Positions 36,614 through 47,249 of a stretch of 55,357 nt of DNA are shown in pieces. A program made the translations under genes and the position numbers. The stretch comes from Faecousia sp. (GTDB taxonomy: Bacteria > Bacillota > Clostridia > Oscillospirales > Oscillospiraceae): positions 1-55,357 of the forward strand of contig JAZUBW010000076.1 of the NCBI GenBank assembly GCA_045638785.1. Direction: 5' to 3'. The notes under the pieces were generated by a model. The model was not told where the DNA came from and made no database searches. It saw only the letters and a program-made list of their open reading frames with translations. The first letter of the stretch is position 1. The number at the start of each line of letters is the position of its first letter.

Positions 36614-37441
36614 TTATTTTCTGATGAAAGTGATGCCGTAAACACCGGGGCCTGTGTGAGCGCCGATGGTGGGACCCACCTGGAATCTGGCGGTAACGGG
36701 ATGGCCGATGTCCGCCATGGCCTTCTCCAGAATCTCGCAGTTGTCAGTTTCCGCCGAATACAGACTCCAAATTTCAAAGTCTTCGTCGATCTCCATGGCC
36801 TGCACCTGCTTGACCATGGTGGAGATGGCCCGCTTGACACCGATGGCCTTGGCGAAGGAGTCGATCTTGCCTTCCGGTGAAATGGTAATAATGGGCTTGA
36901 TGTTGGCAACGGTGCCGATGGCGGCAGAGGTGCGGCTGAGCCGACCGCCCTTGTACAGATACTCCAGTGTCTGCAGACCGGCAAAGATCACCTGTTTATC
37001 CCGCAGGGCCTGCAGTTGCTCTACAATCTCCGCTGCAGAGTAGCCCTGGCTGCGCAGATTGTCTGCATAACGGGCCCAAAAACCGATCATATGGGAGGCG
37101 CTGCGGCTGTCTACAATGTGGATGCCATCGTATTCCACCATCTGTTTGGCAATATTGGCGCTCTGGTAGGTGCCGGACAGGGAAGCGGACACAGTCAGAT
37201 AGATCAGCTCATCGCCCGCTGCCTTCACTTCCTCAAAGCAGGTCATAAAATCCTCGGGGGAGGGCTGGCTGGTTTTGGGAAATTCGGCAGTATGCGCCAG
37301 AAGCTTGTAAAACCGTTGCGCACGCAGGTCGATACCGTCTTTATAGCATCTGCCGTCAATGTCCACGGTCAGCGGCACATAGTAGTCATAAGGATGGGTT
37401 TGCATGGCATCGGAAGAAGAATCCAGCAGGATCTTAACCAT
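36614..37441 (-). CDS. DegV/FakB fatty-acid-binding protein
   Basis: PKTSQPSP, SLSGTYQSA, LEYLYKGGRLS, IGAHTGPG. Confidence 0.95.
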   Translation of the reverse strand: MVKILLDSSSDAMQTHPYDYYVPLTVDIDGRCYKDGIDLRAQRFYKLLAHTAEFPKTSQPSPEDFMTCFEEVKAAGDELIYLTVSASLSGTYQSANIAKQMVEYDGIHIVDSRSASHMIGFWARYADNLRSQGYSAAEIVEQLQALRDKQVIFAGLQTLEYLYKGGRLSRTSAAIGTVANIKPIITISPEGKIDSFAKAIGVKRAISTMVKQVQAMEIDEDFEIWSLYSAETDNCEILEKAMADIGHPVTARFQVGPTIGAHTGPGVYGITFIRK

Positions 37442-37456
37442 AATATTCTACCTCTC

Positions 37457-37879
37457 TTACAGATGATAGCCCGATTGGGCCAATTTGTTGGAAATGCGGA
37501 TGAAATTTTCCGTGTCTTCAGGACCGATGATAGTACCGATCTCCTTTGCGATCTGCAGGGATTCGTTGTGGACCTGCAAAAAAAGCGCCAGATGATCATT
37601 GCGCATACGCACATGGCCCAGCCTGCGGTCGCCCTCCGGCTCGCAACGCTCCAGAAGTCCCTTTTCTTCCAGGGAATTGATGGTACGGTTGACCTGGGAT
37701 TTGAGCATATGGGTCTGCTCGGTGATCTGCTTTATGGTAATGGGCCGATCACCGGCCTGGTATAGCTGAAGCATCACGATGGCTTCATTGTAGGGCAGGG
37801 CCTTGGTAAACCGGGAATTTCGCAGGATGCAGGAAAGCTGCACCCAGGCCTGGATCAAATCCAGAGATCTGTCAAACAT
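37457..37879 (-). CDS. MarR-family transcriptional regulator
   Basis: KSQVNRTINSLEEKGLLER...DRR winged helix. Confidence 0.9.
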   Translation of the reverse strand: MFDRSLDLIQAWVQLSCILRNSRFTKALPYNEAIVMLQLYQAGDRPITIKQITEQTHMLKSQVNRTINSLEEKGLLERCEPEGDRRLGHVRMRNDHLALFLQVHNESLQIAKEIGTIIGPEDTENFIRISNKLAQSGYHL

Positions 37880-37899
37880 AGTTTGCCTCCTAAATAATA

Positions 37900-37914
37900 G
37901 TTCACATTGTGAAC
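37900..37914. promoter_or_regulatory. Palindromic operator candidate for the MarR regulator
   Basis: GTTCACA-T-TGTGAAC, about 20 nt upstream of the marR start. Confidence 0.55.
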
Positions 37915-38024
37915 AAAAAGATTATAGCAAATTTGCTTCTGCTTGTCAAGGAAAATAGTTATTCTTGCATTTTTGCGGGGCATATGATATGATTAACAAA
38001 ATAATGTGCCTAGGATGTGATTTT

Positions 38025-38798
38025 ATGCAAGCCATGGAAAAACAGTTCCATATCCAGTGCGTGGAGGGCGATGTAGGCCGCTATGTACTGCTGCCCGGTG
38101 ATCCCGGCCGCTGCGAGGCTATTGCCAGGCATTTCGATAATCCGGTCCACATCGGCATGAACCGGGAGTACAATATCTGGACCGGCACCCTGCTGGGCCA
38201 GAAGGTCAGCGTCTGCTCCACCGGCATCGGCGGCCCTTCTGCTGCCATTGCCATGGAGGAACTGGTGAACATCGGTGCCGATACCTTTATCCGTGTGGGT
38301 ACCTGCGGCGGCATTGATCTGAATGTGCAGCCCGGTGATGTGGTGGTGGCCACCGGCGCCAGCCGCTTCGACCATACCTCTTTGGAGTATGCGCCCATCG
38401 AATTCCCCGCCGTTGCGGATTTTGACATTACCTATGCCTTGAAAACAGCAGGTGAGGAGATGGGCTATCGCATCCACACCGGCGTTGTCCAGTGCAAGGA
38501 CTCCTTCTACGGCCAGCACAGCCCCGAGAAGAGTCCTGTGTACTACGAACTGCTTCAGAAGTGGGAAAGCTGGAAGCGCTTGGGCGTCAAGGCCAGCGAA
38601 ATGGAATCTGCCGCTTTGTTCGTGGTGGCAGCAGCCCTGGGTGTCCGTTGCGGCAGTTGTTTCCATGCGGTCTGGAACCAGGAGAGGGAAAAGGCCGGGC
38701 TCTTTATGCCCATGACGGAAGATACCTCCGGCGCTATCAAAGTGGGCATTGAGGCCATGAAAAAGCTGATCGCCGAAGACTTAAAGAAAACAAATTAA
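38025..38798 (+). CDS. udp: Uridine phosphorylase
   Basis: [32 protein letters not shown]. Confidence 0.95.
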   Translation: MQAMEKQFHIQCVEGDVGRYVLLPGDPGRCEAIARHFDNPVHIGMNREYNIWTGTLLGQKVSVCSTGIGGPSAAIAMEELVNIGADTFIRVGTCGGIDLNVQPGDVVVATGASRFDHTSLEYAPIEFPAVADFDITYALKTAGEEMGYRIHTGVVQCKDSFYGQHSPEKSPVYYELLQKWESWKRLGVKASEMESAALFVVAAALGVRCGSCFHAVWNQEREKAGLFMPMTEDTSGAIKVGIEAMKKLIAEDLKKTN

Positions 38799-38825
38799 AT
38801 TTTATATTTTGGAGGGAAACAAACA

Positions 38826-40628
38826 ATGAGCGAAATGAAGAAGATCTGGAAGCGCGAGGAAATTCCGGTAGAGCACACCTGGGCTACTGAGGACCTGTAT
38901 GCCAATGATGCTCTGTGGGAGGAAGACCTGCAGAAGATGATCGAAGAGGGCAAAGTCCTGGCCTCCTTCGCCGGTAAGCTGAACAATGCTGAGGAACTGT
39001 ACAATTTCCTGTATGCCGATGAAATGGCAGATCTGCGTGTTGGCCGCCTGGCTAACTACTGCATGCGCAAGGGCGACGAGGATACCCGTAACCCCGTCTA
39101 CCAGGCCATGAACGGCAAGTTCCGCAGCGTGATGGTCAAGATCGGCTCCGACTGCAGCTTTGCTACCCCCGAGCTGATGGCTATTTCCGATGAGGACATG
39201 GACCGTTTCTACGCTGAAAAGCCGGAGCTGGAGCGCTATCGCCGCTATCTGACCAATATGCGTCGCCGCAAGGCTCATACCCTGTCCGCTGCTGAGGAGC
39301 GGATCCTGGCTGCTGCCGGTGAAATTGCCGGTGCTCCCACTAATATCTACTCCATGTTCTCCAACGCAGACATCAAGTTCCGTGATGCTGTCGATGCTGA
39401 GGGTAATTCCCATGTCGTCCGCCAGGGCACCTTCGTTGGCCTGGAAGAAAGCTCTGACCGTGTGCTGCGTAAGAGTGCTTACGAGAGCCTGTATGGTAGC
39501 TTCAATGACTACAAGAACACCGCTGCGGGCCTGCTGAACGCCCAAAACAAGCAGCAGAAGTTCTTTGCTGAGACCAAGAAGTACAACAATGCCTTCGAGG
39601 CCGCCTTGGACCGCACCAATGTGCCCACCGATGTGTACCTGAACCTCATCGAGGCTGTCCATCAGAACCTGGACAAGATGCACCGCTATGTCCGCCTGCG
39701 TAAGAAGATGCTGGGCGTTGACGAGCTGCATTTCTATGACATCTATACGCCCCTGCTGGAGGGTGTTGACAAGTACATCCCCATCGAGGAAGCCAAGCAG
39801 ACCGTCTATGACTCCCTGGCACCCCTGGGTGAGGAGTACCGCGCTGTCATCAAGCACGCTTTCGAGAATCGCTGGGTCGACGTTTACCCCAACGAGGGCA
39901 AGCGTGGCGGTGCCTACTCTGCCGGCGCTGATGTCCATCCCTTCGTGCTGCTCAACTACACCGGCACCCTGGACAACCAGTTCACCCTGGCCCACGAAAT
40001 GGGCCACGCCATGCACTCCTACCTGAGCCACAAGCACCAGAACCCCATCGACTCCAACTATGTCATCTTCGTTGCTGAGGTGGCTTCCACCTTCAACGAG
40101 GCCCTGCTGATGGAGCACCTGCTGGCCAAGGCTACCGATAAGAAGGAGCGTGCCTACCTCATCAACCACTATCTGGATCAGTTCAAGGGCACCATCTACC
40201 GCCAAACCATGTTCGCTGAGTTTGAGCTGAACATCGGCCGCATGATCGCCGAAGGCAAGAGCCTGACCGCCGATGTGCTGTGTGCTGAGTACAAGCGCCT
40301 GAACGAACTGTACTACGGCCCCGACATGGTCGTCGACGACAACATTGCCGTCGAGTGGGCAAGAATTCCCCACTTCTACATGAACTACTATGTCTTCCAG
40401 TACGCCACCGGTTACTCCGCTGCCATTGCTCTGTCCCGCAAGGTCCTGGACGGCGGCGAGAAGGAGCTGAACGACTATCTGGGCTTCCTGTCCGGCGGCT
40501 GCTCCAAGACTCCCATCGACCTGCTGAAGGGCGCCGGCGTGGATATGACCAGCCCCGCTCCCGTCAACCAGGCCCTGGAACTGTTCGGCAAGCTTATCGA
40601 CGAGATGGAAGAGCTGCTGGCTGAATAA
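38826..40628 (+). CDS. pepF: Oligoendopeptidase F
   Basis: GKRGGAYS, TLAHEMGHAMHS, FVAEVAST, WARIPHFY, YVFQYATG. Confidence 0.97.
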   Translation: MSEMKKIWKREEIPVEHTWATEDLYANDALWEEDLQKMIEEGKVLASFAGKLNNAEELYNFLYADEMADLRVGRLANYCMRKGDEDTRNPVYQAMNGKFRSVMVKIGSDCSFATPELMAISDEDMDRFYAEKPELERYRRYLTNMRRRKAHTLSAAEERILAAAGEIAGAPTNIYSMFSNADIKFRDAVDAEGNSHVVRQGTFVGLEESSDRVLRKSAYESLYGSFNDYKNTAAGLLNAQNKQQKFFAETKKYNNAFEAALDRTNVPTDVYLNLIEAVHQNLDKMHRYVRLRKKMLGVDELHFYDIYTPLLEGVDKYIPIEEAKQTVYDSLAPLGEEYRAVIKHAFENRWVDVYPNEGKRGGAYSAGADVHPFVLLNYTGTLDNQFTLAHEMGHAMHSYLSHKHQNPIDSNYVIFVAEVASTFNEALLMEHLLAKATDKKERAYLINHYLDQFKGTIYRQTMFAEFELNIGRMIAEGKSLTADVLCAEYKRLNELYYGPDMVVDDNIAVEWARIPHFYMNYYVFQYATGYSAAIALSRKVLDGGEKELNDYLGFLSGGCSKTPIDLLKGAGVDMTSPAPVNQALELFGKLIDEMEELLAE

Positions 40629-40897
40629 TGGAAAAGGAAATTTTCCTGCCGGTGCTGCACTGGTTTGATGCCAAGAACAGCTTTTCCGGCTCCTGCGGCA
40701 ATTTCCGTTACATGGCCAAACCCAATGTGGTGATGGCCAGCGCCAAAGAAGTGGATTTCGAAGCCAGCTCTATCCATGTGGAATACTGGCACGGCCCTTA
40801 CTGCTACGAAAAAAGCGAAATGGAAGGCGCTGCCGACTTCCCTATGTCGGAAGAAGGCCGCCTTGCCATGAAGGCATGGCTTGAAGAGCATATTTGA
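40628..40897 (+). CDS. Hypothetical protein (89 aa)
   Basis: TAATG coupling to the pepF stop; host-like codon usage. Confidence 0.8.
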   Translation: MEKEIFLPVLHWFDAKNSFSGSCGNFRYMAKPNVVMASAKEVDFEASSIHVEYWHGPYCYEKSEMEGAADFPMSEEGRLAMKAWLEEHI

Positions 40898-40901
40898 CAT
40901 T

Positions 40902-40936
40902 GTAGGGGACGGTTTTTCGTCCCCTATGATCTTTTT
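40902..40936 (+). terminator. Terminator/REP-like hairpin
   Basis: TAGGGGACG-GTTTTT-CGTCCCCTA followed by a T-run. Confidence 0.65.
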
Positions 40937-40989
40937 TGCAGAAACCCGTTGACATTTCCGCAAAATGTGGTAAAATACTCAAGAATATT

Positions 40990-41218
40990 GCAAAAGACTA
41001 TGCAAAAGCCAAGCAAGTCGGACCGCTTAGCGAGAGGGGAGATGGTGAAAGCCCCTTGCGGAAAACCTTGCAAGCCACTTTCTGCGTCGCCCGGGATGAC
41101 CGGGACGGGAGCTCCCGTTACAGAGCGTCTAAGATGCCCGTACCCTTGGTATAGGCGAATTAGGGTGGTACCGCGTCCTTCACGCCCCTATCGTTTTGTT
41201 AGGCCCGTTTTATTTTAT
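40990..41218 (+). ncRNA. T-box riboswitch (Ala) of alaS
   Basis: GCGAGAG/GGTGAAAG stem I, probable GCC specifier (41074-41076), AATTAGGGTGGTACCGCG T-box; TTGACA-N17-TAAAAT promoter at 40949. Confidence 0.9.
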
Positions 41219-41247
41219 CATGTAATTTATTTTGGAGGTAATTCCCA

Positions 41248-43890
41248 ATGGCTCATAAACCCTATGGCGTAAACGAACTGCGTGAGATGTTCCTCAGCTA
41301 CTTCGAGAGCAAGGACCATCTGCGTCTGCCCAGCTTTTCTCTGATCCCTCAGAACGATGCTTCTCTGCTGCTGATCAACTCCGGCATGGCCCCCATGAAG
41401 CCCTATTTCAAGGGCGAGGTGGAGCCTCCCCGCAAGAGAGTCTGCACCTGCCAGAAGTGCATCCGTACCGGTGACATCGAGAACATCGGTAAGACCGCCC
41501 GTCACGGCACCTATTTCGAGATGCTGGGCAATTTCTCCTTCGGTGACTACTTCAAGCACGAAGCCATCGCTTGGTGCTGGGAGTTCCTGACCAAGGTGGT
41601 CGGCCTGGAAGAGGATCGCCTGTATCCTTCCATCTATGAAAATGACGAAGAGGCTTTCGAGATCTGGAACAAGGAGATCGGCATCCCGGCTGAAAACATC
41701 TTCCGTTTCGGCAAGAAGGACAACTTCTGGGAGCATGGCTCCGGCCCCTGCGGCCCCTGCTCCGAGGTCTACTATGACCGCGGCGAGAAGTACGGCTGCG
41801 GCAGCCCCGACTGCAAGGTCGGCTGCGAGTGCGACCGCTTCATGGAAGTCTGGAACAACGTCTTCTCTCAGTTTGACAATGACGGCCAGGGCAACTACAC
41901 CGAGCTGGTCCAGAAGAACATCGACACCGGCATGGGCCTGGAGCGTCTGGCTGTTGTCTGCCAGGATGTCAACTCCCTGTTCGATGTGGATACCGTCATG
42001 AACATCACCAACCATGTGACCGCCATCACCGGTGCTTCCTACGGCCAGAGTGCCAAGACCGATGTGAGCCTGCGTGTCATCACCGACCACATCCGTGCAT
42101 CCACCTTTATGATCGCTGACGGCGTTCTGCCCTCCAACGAGGGCCGTGGCTATGTGCTGCGTCGTCTGCTGCGTCGTGCTGCCCGTCATGGCAAGCTGCT
42201 GGGCGTCAACAAGCCCTTCCTGTTCGAAGTGGTCGGCACTGTCGTGAAGGAAAATGAAGGCCATTACAGCTACCTGCGTGAGCGGGAGGAGTATATCACC
42301 AAGATCGTCAAGATCAAGGAAGAGAACTTTGCCAAGACCATCGACACCGGCATGCAGATCTTCACTGCCAAGATGGCTGAGCATAAGGCTGCCGGTAAGA
42401 CTGTCTTCTCCGGTGCTGATGCCTTCCTGCTGGCTGCTACCTACGGTTTCCCCATCGACCTGACCGTGGAAATGGTGGAGGACGAGGGCATGACCGTGGA
42501 TATGGACGAGTATAACCGTAACCGCGAGGATGATAAGATCCGTGCCCGTGAAGCCCGTAAGGCCCTGGGCGACCTGGGCTGGGCTGGTATCGATTTTGGC
42601 AAGGATATGCCCGAAACCAAGTTTGTCGGCTATACCCAGCTGACCAACGATGCTAAGGTGCTGGCTGTCGTCTGTGAGGACGAGCTGCAGCAGACCATTG
42701 GCCAGGGTGCTGAGGCCATCATCGTGCTGGATGAAACCGCTATGTACGCCGAAATGGGCGGCCAGGTTGCAGACCATGGCACCATCGTTTGTGGCGATGC
42801 TGTGTTTGCCGTGGATAATGTTCAGAAGAACAAGGGCGGCAAGGTCATGCACTACGGTAAGGTCGTTTCCGGCGTGTTCAATGTTGGCGACGGTGTTACC
42901 GTGACGGTAGACGCCGAGCGTCGCAACGCAATCATGCGTGCCCACTCTGCTACTCACCTGCTGCAGACCGCTCTGCGTACCGTTCTGGGTGATCATGTCC
43001 ACCAGGCCGGTTCTTACGTGGACGAGGATCATCTGCGCTTTGACTTCACCCACTTCTCCGCCATGAGCGCCGAGGAGATTGCACAGGTCAATGCTCTGGT
43101 GCAGGAGGCCGTGTTTACCGGTTACGGCGTGGACATCCGTGAAATGTCCATCGAGGAGGCTAAGGCCTCCGGTGCTACCGCTCTGTTCAGCGAGAAGTAC
43201 GGCGATACCGTCCGTGTTGTCAATATGGGCGGTTACTCCATCGAGCTTTGCGGCGGTACCCACCTGGATAACACCGCCAAGGTCGGCGCTTTCCGCATCG
43301 TTTCCGAGGCTTCTGTTGCCTCCGGTGTCCGCCGTATCGAGGCCATCACCGGTAAGGCATTTGTTGCCGATGCTGCAAAGACCAGAGAGCAGATGCTGGA
43401 TGCCTGCGCTGCCGTGAAGGTGAAGAATGCGGCTGATCTGTCTGACAAGCTGGCTGCTCAGCTGGAGGAGATCAAGGCTCTGAAGAAGGAAATCGAGCAG
43501 TTCAAGGCCAAGGAAGCTGCCGGTGCTGTGGATCGTATGCTGGCTGGTGCTGCTGTTGTCGGCGCTGTGAAGGTGCTGACCGTGCCCATGGGCGAGGCAG
43601 ATGCTGCAGCTCTGCGCCAGATGGGTGACGTGCTGAAGGACAAGGAGCCTGCTGTGGTGGCTGTCCTGGTGTCCATCTCCGGCGAGAAGGTCACCTTCCT
43701 GTCTGTCTGCGGCAAGGATGCCGTGAAGGCCGGCGTGCGTGCCGGTGATATCGTCAAGTTCGTCTGCGGCGTTTGCGGCGGCAGCGGCGGCGGTAAGCCC
43801 GACTCTGCAATGGGCGGCGGCAAGGATGCCACTAAGGTGGACGAGGCCCTGGCTCAGGTCAAGGATTTTGTCAGCAGCAAGCTGAACTAA
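41248..43890 (+). CDS. alaS: Alanine-tRNA ligase
   Basis: NSGMAPMKPYF, RHGTYFEMLGNFSFGDYFK, IDTGMGLERL, HSATHLL, ELCGGTH. Confidence 0.99.
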   Translation: MAHKPYGVNELREMFLSYFESKDHLRLPSFSLIPQNDASLLLINSGMAPMKPYFKGEVEPPRKRVCTCQKCIRTGDIENIGKTARHGTYFEMLGNFSFGDYFKHEAIAWCWEFLTKVVGLEEDRLYPSIYENDEEAFEIWNKEIGIPAENIFRFGKKDNFWEHGSGPCGPCSEVYYDRGEKYGCGSPDCKVGCECDRFMEVWNNVFSQFDNDGQGNYTELVQKNIDTGMGLERLAVVCQDVNSLFDVDTVMNITNHVTAITGASYGQSAKTDVSLRVITDHIRASTFMIADGVLPSNEGRGYVLRRLLRRAARHGKLLGVNKPFLFEVVGTVVKENEGHYSYLREREEYITKIVKIKEENFAKTIDTGMQIFTAKMAEHKAAGKTVFSGADAFLLAATYGFPIDLTVEMVEDEGMTVDMDEYNRNREDDKIRAREARKALGDLGWAGIDFGKDMPETKFVGYTQLTNDAKVLAVVCEDELQQTIGQGAEAIIVLDETAMYAEMGGQVADHGTIVCGDAVFAVDNVQKNKGGKVMHYGKVVSGVFNVGDGVTVTVDAERRNAIMRAHSATHLLQTALRTVLGDHVHQAGSYVDEDHLRFDFTHFSAMSAEEIAQVNALVQEAVFTGYGVDIREMSIEEAKASGATALFSEKYGDTVRVVNMGGYSIELCGGTHLDNTAKVGAFRIVSEASVASGVRRIEAITGKAFVADAAKTREQMLDACAAVKVKNAADLSDKLAAQLEEIKALKKEIEQFKAKEAAGAVDRMLAGAAVVGAVKVLTVPMGEADAAALRQMGDVLKDKEPAVVAVLVSISGEKVTFLSVCGKDAVKAGVRAGDIVKFVCGVCGGSGGGKPDSAMGGGKDATKVDEALAQVKDFVSSKLN

Positions 43891-43899
43891 TAACCGGAT

Positions 43900-43927
43900 A
43901 GGGCGCTGCCATTTGGTAGCGCCCTTC
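43900..43927 (+). terminator. Hairpin after alaS
   Basis: AGGGCGCTGCCA-TT-TGGTAGCGCCCT. Confidence 0.7.
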
Positions 43928-43951
43928 CTTTACGAGAGAGGAGGAATCAAC

Positions 43952-46201
43952 ATGCGAAAACTCATGTGGCTGACCGCGGGCTTTGTTGTGGCAACCTTGC
44001 TGGGTTGCCAGTGGCTGGACAATCAGTGGTATTTGCTCTGTGCCGGTGCAGCCGCCCTTGGGATTGCTGTTTGCTTATTCTTCCTGCTCCGTACACCCAA
44101 AGCCCGGGTGGCGGGTATGCTGATCTTTGGCTGCCTGTTGGGCTTTTTGTGGCAAATGGGCTTTGACAGCTTCTATTTGTCCAATGTCCGGGCTCTCGAC
44201 AGCCTGGAAATGCCACTTTCCATCGAGGCTGCGGACTATTCCTTTGAATCAGACTATGGAACCGGCGTCGAGGGCAGACTGCAAGCGGGCGGTAAGACCT
44301 ACCATGTCCGCGTTTATTTGCCTGCCGACACCTGTGTAAAGCCCGGCGATACCGTGACTTCTACCTTTGTACTGGGCGCAACACTCCGTGGCTGCTCCCG
44401 GGAATCGGACTACTATATGGCCGACGGTACCTTCCTGGTGGCTATAGCCCGGGACGAGGTAACGGTGACTGCGCAAAATAAGCTGCCCCTACGCTGCTGG
44501 CCTGCCTGGTTGCGGAATCAACTCAGTGACCGCATCAAGCTGCTGTTTCCCAGCGATACCTATGCATTTGCCCAGGCCCTTCTTTTGGGCAATACGGACG
44601 AAATTGACTATGCCACCGATACGGCCTTCAAGCTCAGCGGTATCCGCCATGTCATCGCTGTTTCCGGCATGCATGTGACGATCTTGTTTTCCCTAGTCTA
44701 TGTCTTTCTGGGTCGGCGGAAATGGCTGACAGCCCTTGTGGGTATTCCGGTGCTGATCTTCTTTGCGGCGGTGGCCGGCTTTGCTCCGTCGATCTCAAGA
44801 GCTTGCATTATGCACATTTTGGTGGTGCTTGCCATGCTCTTCGGCAAAGACTATGATCCGCCCACGGCACTGTCTTTCTCCGTGCTGGTGCTGCTGATGG
44901 TCAATCCCATGATCGTCACCAATGTGGGCTTTCAGCTGTCGGTCAGTTGTATGGTCGGTATCTTTCTCTTTTCCATGCCCATCCAGGAGTGGCTACTGGA
45001 CAGAAAACGTCTGGGACGATTCCGGGGCTTTTTTGGGAAACTCGTCCATTGGTGCGCTGTGACCATCGCCATTTCCATTGGCTCCAGCATTCCCACGGCG
45101 CCCCTATGTGCTTATTATTTCGGTACGGTCAGCCTTGTTTCTGTGCTGACCAATCTGCTGACCCTTTGGGTCATCAGTTTTGTGTTTTACGGTATTATGC
45201 TCTCGTGCCTCGTGTCGTGTATCTTTCTTCCTCTTGGCGTCGGTGTGGCCTGGGTTATTGCCTGGCCAATTCGCCTGGTGCTGGGAATCGCAAAGACCAT
45301 GGCAGCCTTTCCCTTGGCTGCCGTCTATACCGAGAGCATTTACATTGTTATTTGGCTCATCGTCAGCTATGTTTTGCTGGCCCTGTACCTGCTGCTAAAG
45401 CAGGGCAATCCGCTGATCCTGGGCCTGTGTGCCGCCATTTGCCTTTGTGTCGCAGTGTCCATGTCCTGGATAGAGCCCATGCGGGACGATTTTCGGATGA
45501 CGGTGCTGGATGTGGGCCAGGGACAATGTATCCTTCTGCAAAGCGACGGTAAGACCTACATGGTCGATTGTGGCGGTGACCTGGATACTGGGTCAGCGGA
45601 TAAGGCCGCAGCCCGTTTGCTCAGCCAGGGAATCGGTCATTTGGATGGGCTGATTCTGACGCACTATGACTATGATCATGCCGGTGGCGCTGTCTATCTG
45701 ATGCAGCGCATCCCGGTAGACGCACTGTACCTGCCCAATTCTGCCGATGAAGCGGGAATCTGCTATAAGCTGCAGGAACTTGCCACAGGTAAAGTCATTC
45801 ATGTGCTGCAGGACTTGCAGATCTCCTATGGCGCTGCGACCATAACATTGATCCCGTCAGAAAACCCGGGAAACAACAATGAAAGCGGATTATGTGTCTT
45901 GTTTCAGCGGGAAAATTATGATATACTGATAACCGGTGACCGGTCGGCAGCCGGCGAACGGGAACTGATCCGCCATATGGAACTGCCGGATTTGGAAGTG
46001 CTGGTGGTGGGCCATCATGGCTCCAAGTACAGTACCTGCCGGGAGCTTTTGATCAAAACAAAACCCGACACAGCAATTATTTCTGTGGGACGGGATAATT
46101 CCTATGGACATCCCACAGAGGATGTGCTGCAGCGCCTGCAAAAATACGGGTGCGTCATTTACAGAACAGACCGTGACGGCACGGTCATTTACAGGGGGTA
46201 G
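43952..46201 (+). CDS. comEC: DNA uptake channel ComEC/Rec2
   Basis: HVIAVSGMHV, GFQLS, LDVGQG, THYDYDH, GHHGS beta-lactamase fold. Confidence 0.95.
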   Translation: MRKLMWLTAGFVVATLLGCQWLDNQWYLLCAGAAALGIAVCLFFLLRTPKARVAGMLIFGCLLGFLWQMGFDSFYLSNVRALDSLEMPLSIEAADYSFESDYGTGVEGRLQAGGKTYHVRVYLPADTCVKPGDTVTSTFVLGATLRGCSRESDYYMADGTFLVAIARDEVTVTAQNKLPLRCWPAWLRNQLSDRIKLLFPSDTYAFAQALLLGNTDEIDYATDTAFKLSGIRHVIAVSGMHVTILFSLVYVFLGRRKWLTALVGIPVLIFFAAVAGFAPSISRACIMHILVVLAMLFGKDYDPPTALSFSVLVLLMVNPMIVTNVGFQLSVSCMVGIFLFSMPIQEWLLDRKRLGRFRGFFGKLVHWCAVTIAISIGSSIPTAPLCAYYFGTVSLVSVLTNLLTLWVISFVFYGIMLSCLVSCIFLPLGVGVAWVIAWPIRLVLGIAKTMAAFPLAAVYTESIYIVIWLIVSYVLLALYLLLKQGNPLILGLCAAICLCVAVSMSWIEPMRDDFRMTVLDVGQGQCILLQSDGKTYMVDCGGDLDTGSADKAAARLLSQGIGHLDGLILTHYDYDHAGGAVYLMQRIPVDALYLPNSADEAGICYKLQELATGKVIHVLQDLQISYGAATITLIPSENPGNNNESGLCVLFQRENYDILITGDRSAAGERELIRHMELPDLEVLVVGHHGSKYSTCRELLIKTKPDTAIISVGRDNSYGHPTEDVLQRLQKYGCVIYRTDRDGTVIYRG

Positions 46202-46205
46202 TGCC

Positions 46206-47249
46206 ATGGAAAAAGGCGAAGTGAATAACGCCCTGCAGTCGCTGAAAGCTGCTATCCGGGCCAAAACGCCCGCCAATCTTTATGTTTTTTATGGTGAGGA
46301 AATATTCCTCCTGAACCATTATCTGCTGCAGCTGAAGAAAGTGGTGCTGGACGAACTGACGGAGTCGTTTAACTATCACCGCTTCACCCAGGAAAATTTT
46401 GACCTGCAGCAATTTGCCGATGCGGTGGAAAATATGCCCATGATGGCCGAACGCACCCTGGTGCAGGTGGATGATGTGGATATTTTCAAGCTCCATGAGG
46501 ACGAGCGGGAAGCCATGCACAGCATCCTCACAGATCTTCCTGACTACTGCACCTTGGTATTTACCTATGAAACCGTGGAATTTAAGCTGGATAAGCGTTA
46601 TAAAAAGCTGGCCGATGCCCTAGCTGCCGGCGAGCTGGTGGAGTTTTCCAAGCAGAGCCAGCGAGATCTAATCAACTGGATCCAGCGGCATTTTGCTGCC
46701 GGACAGAAGCGGATCGCTCCGGAGCTTTGCGCCTACCTGATCGAGCTGACCGACGGCACCATGACTTCTCTTGCCGGTGAGATCCGCAAAATCACTGCTT
46801 TCTCCGGTGCTGAGCAGATCTGCCGTGCCGACATCGATGCGGTGACGGAGCCGGTGCTGGATGCGGTGGTGTTCCAAATGACGGATCAGCTGGGTGCCGG
46901 TGACTATACTGCTGCCTTGCTGACGCTGCAGAAGCTGCTGAAAATGCAGGAGCCGCCCATCAAGATCCTGGGCTCCATCGGTTCCCATTTCCACAGGCTC
47001 AGTGCTGCCCGGATTTTGTCGGACCACGGCAAGAATTATGCCGATCTGCGGAAACTGATGGGCATTACCTCTGATTATACGGCCAAAAAGGCCATGGAGG
47101 CAGCCCGTCGCTTCCGCCCCGAATTTTGCGCCAAGGCAGCAGAATTGATCCTTGAAACCGACCGGCAGATGAAAACCTCTTATGACGACAACGAGCGGCT
47201 GCTGGAACTGCTGATCCTGCGGCTTTCCCAGGAGGCACGAAATGGTTAA
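46206..47249 (+). CDS. holA: DNA polymerase III delta subunit
   Basis: LYVFYGEEIFL, FNYHRF, PMMAERTLV; canonical comEC-holA order. Confidence 0.93.
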   Translation: MEKGEVNNALQSLKAAIRAKTPANLYVFYGEEIFLLNHYLLQLKKVVLDELTESFNYHRFTQENFDLQQFADAVENMPMMAERTLVQVDDVDIFKLHEDEREAMHSILTDLPDYCTLVFTYETVEFKLDKRYKKLADALAAGELVEFSKQSQRDLINWIQRHFAAGQKRIAPELCAYLIELTDGTMTSLAGEIRKITAFSGAEQICRADIDAVTEPVLDAVVFQMTDQLGAGDYTAALLTLQKLLKMQEPPIKILGSIGSHFHRLSAARILSDHGKNYADLRKLMGITSDYTAKKAMEAARRFRPEFCAKAAELILETDRQMKTSYDDNERLLELLILRLSQEARNG

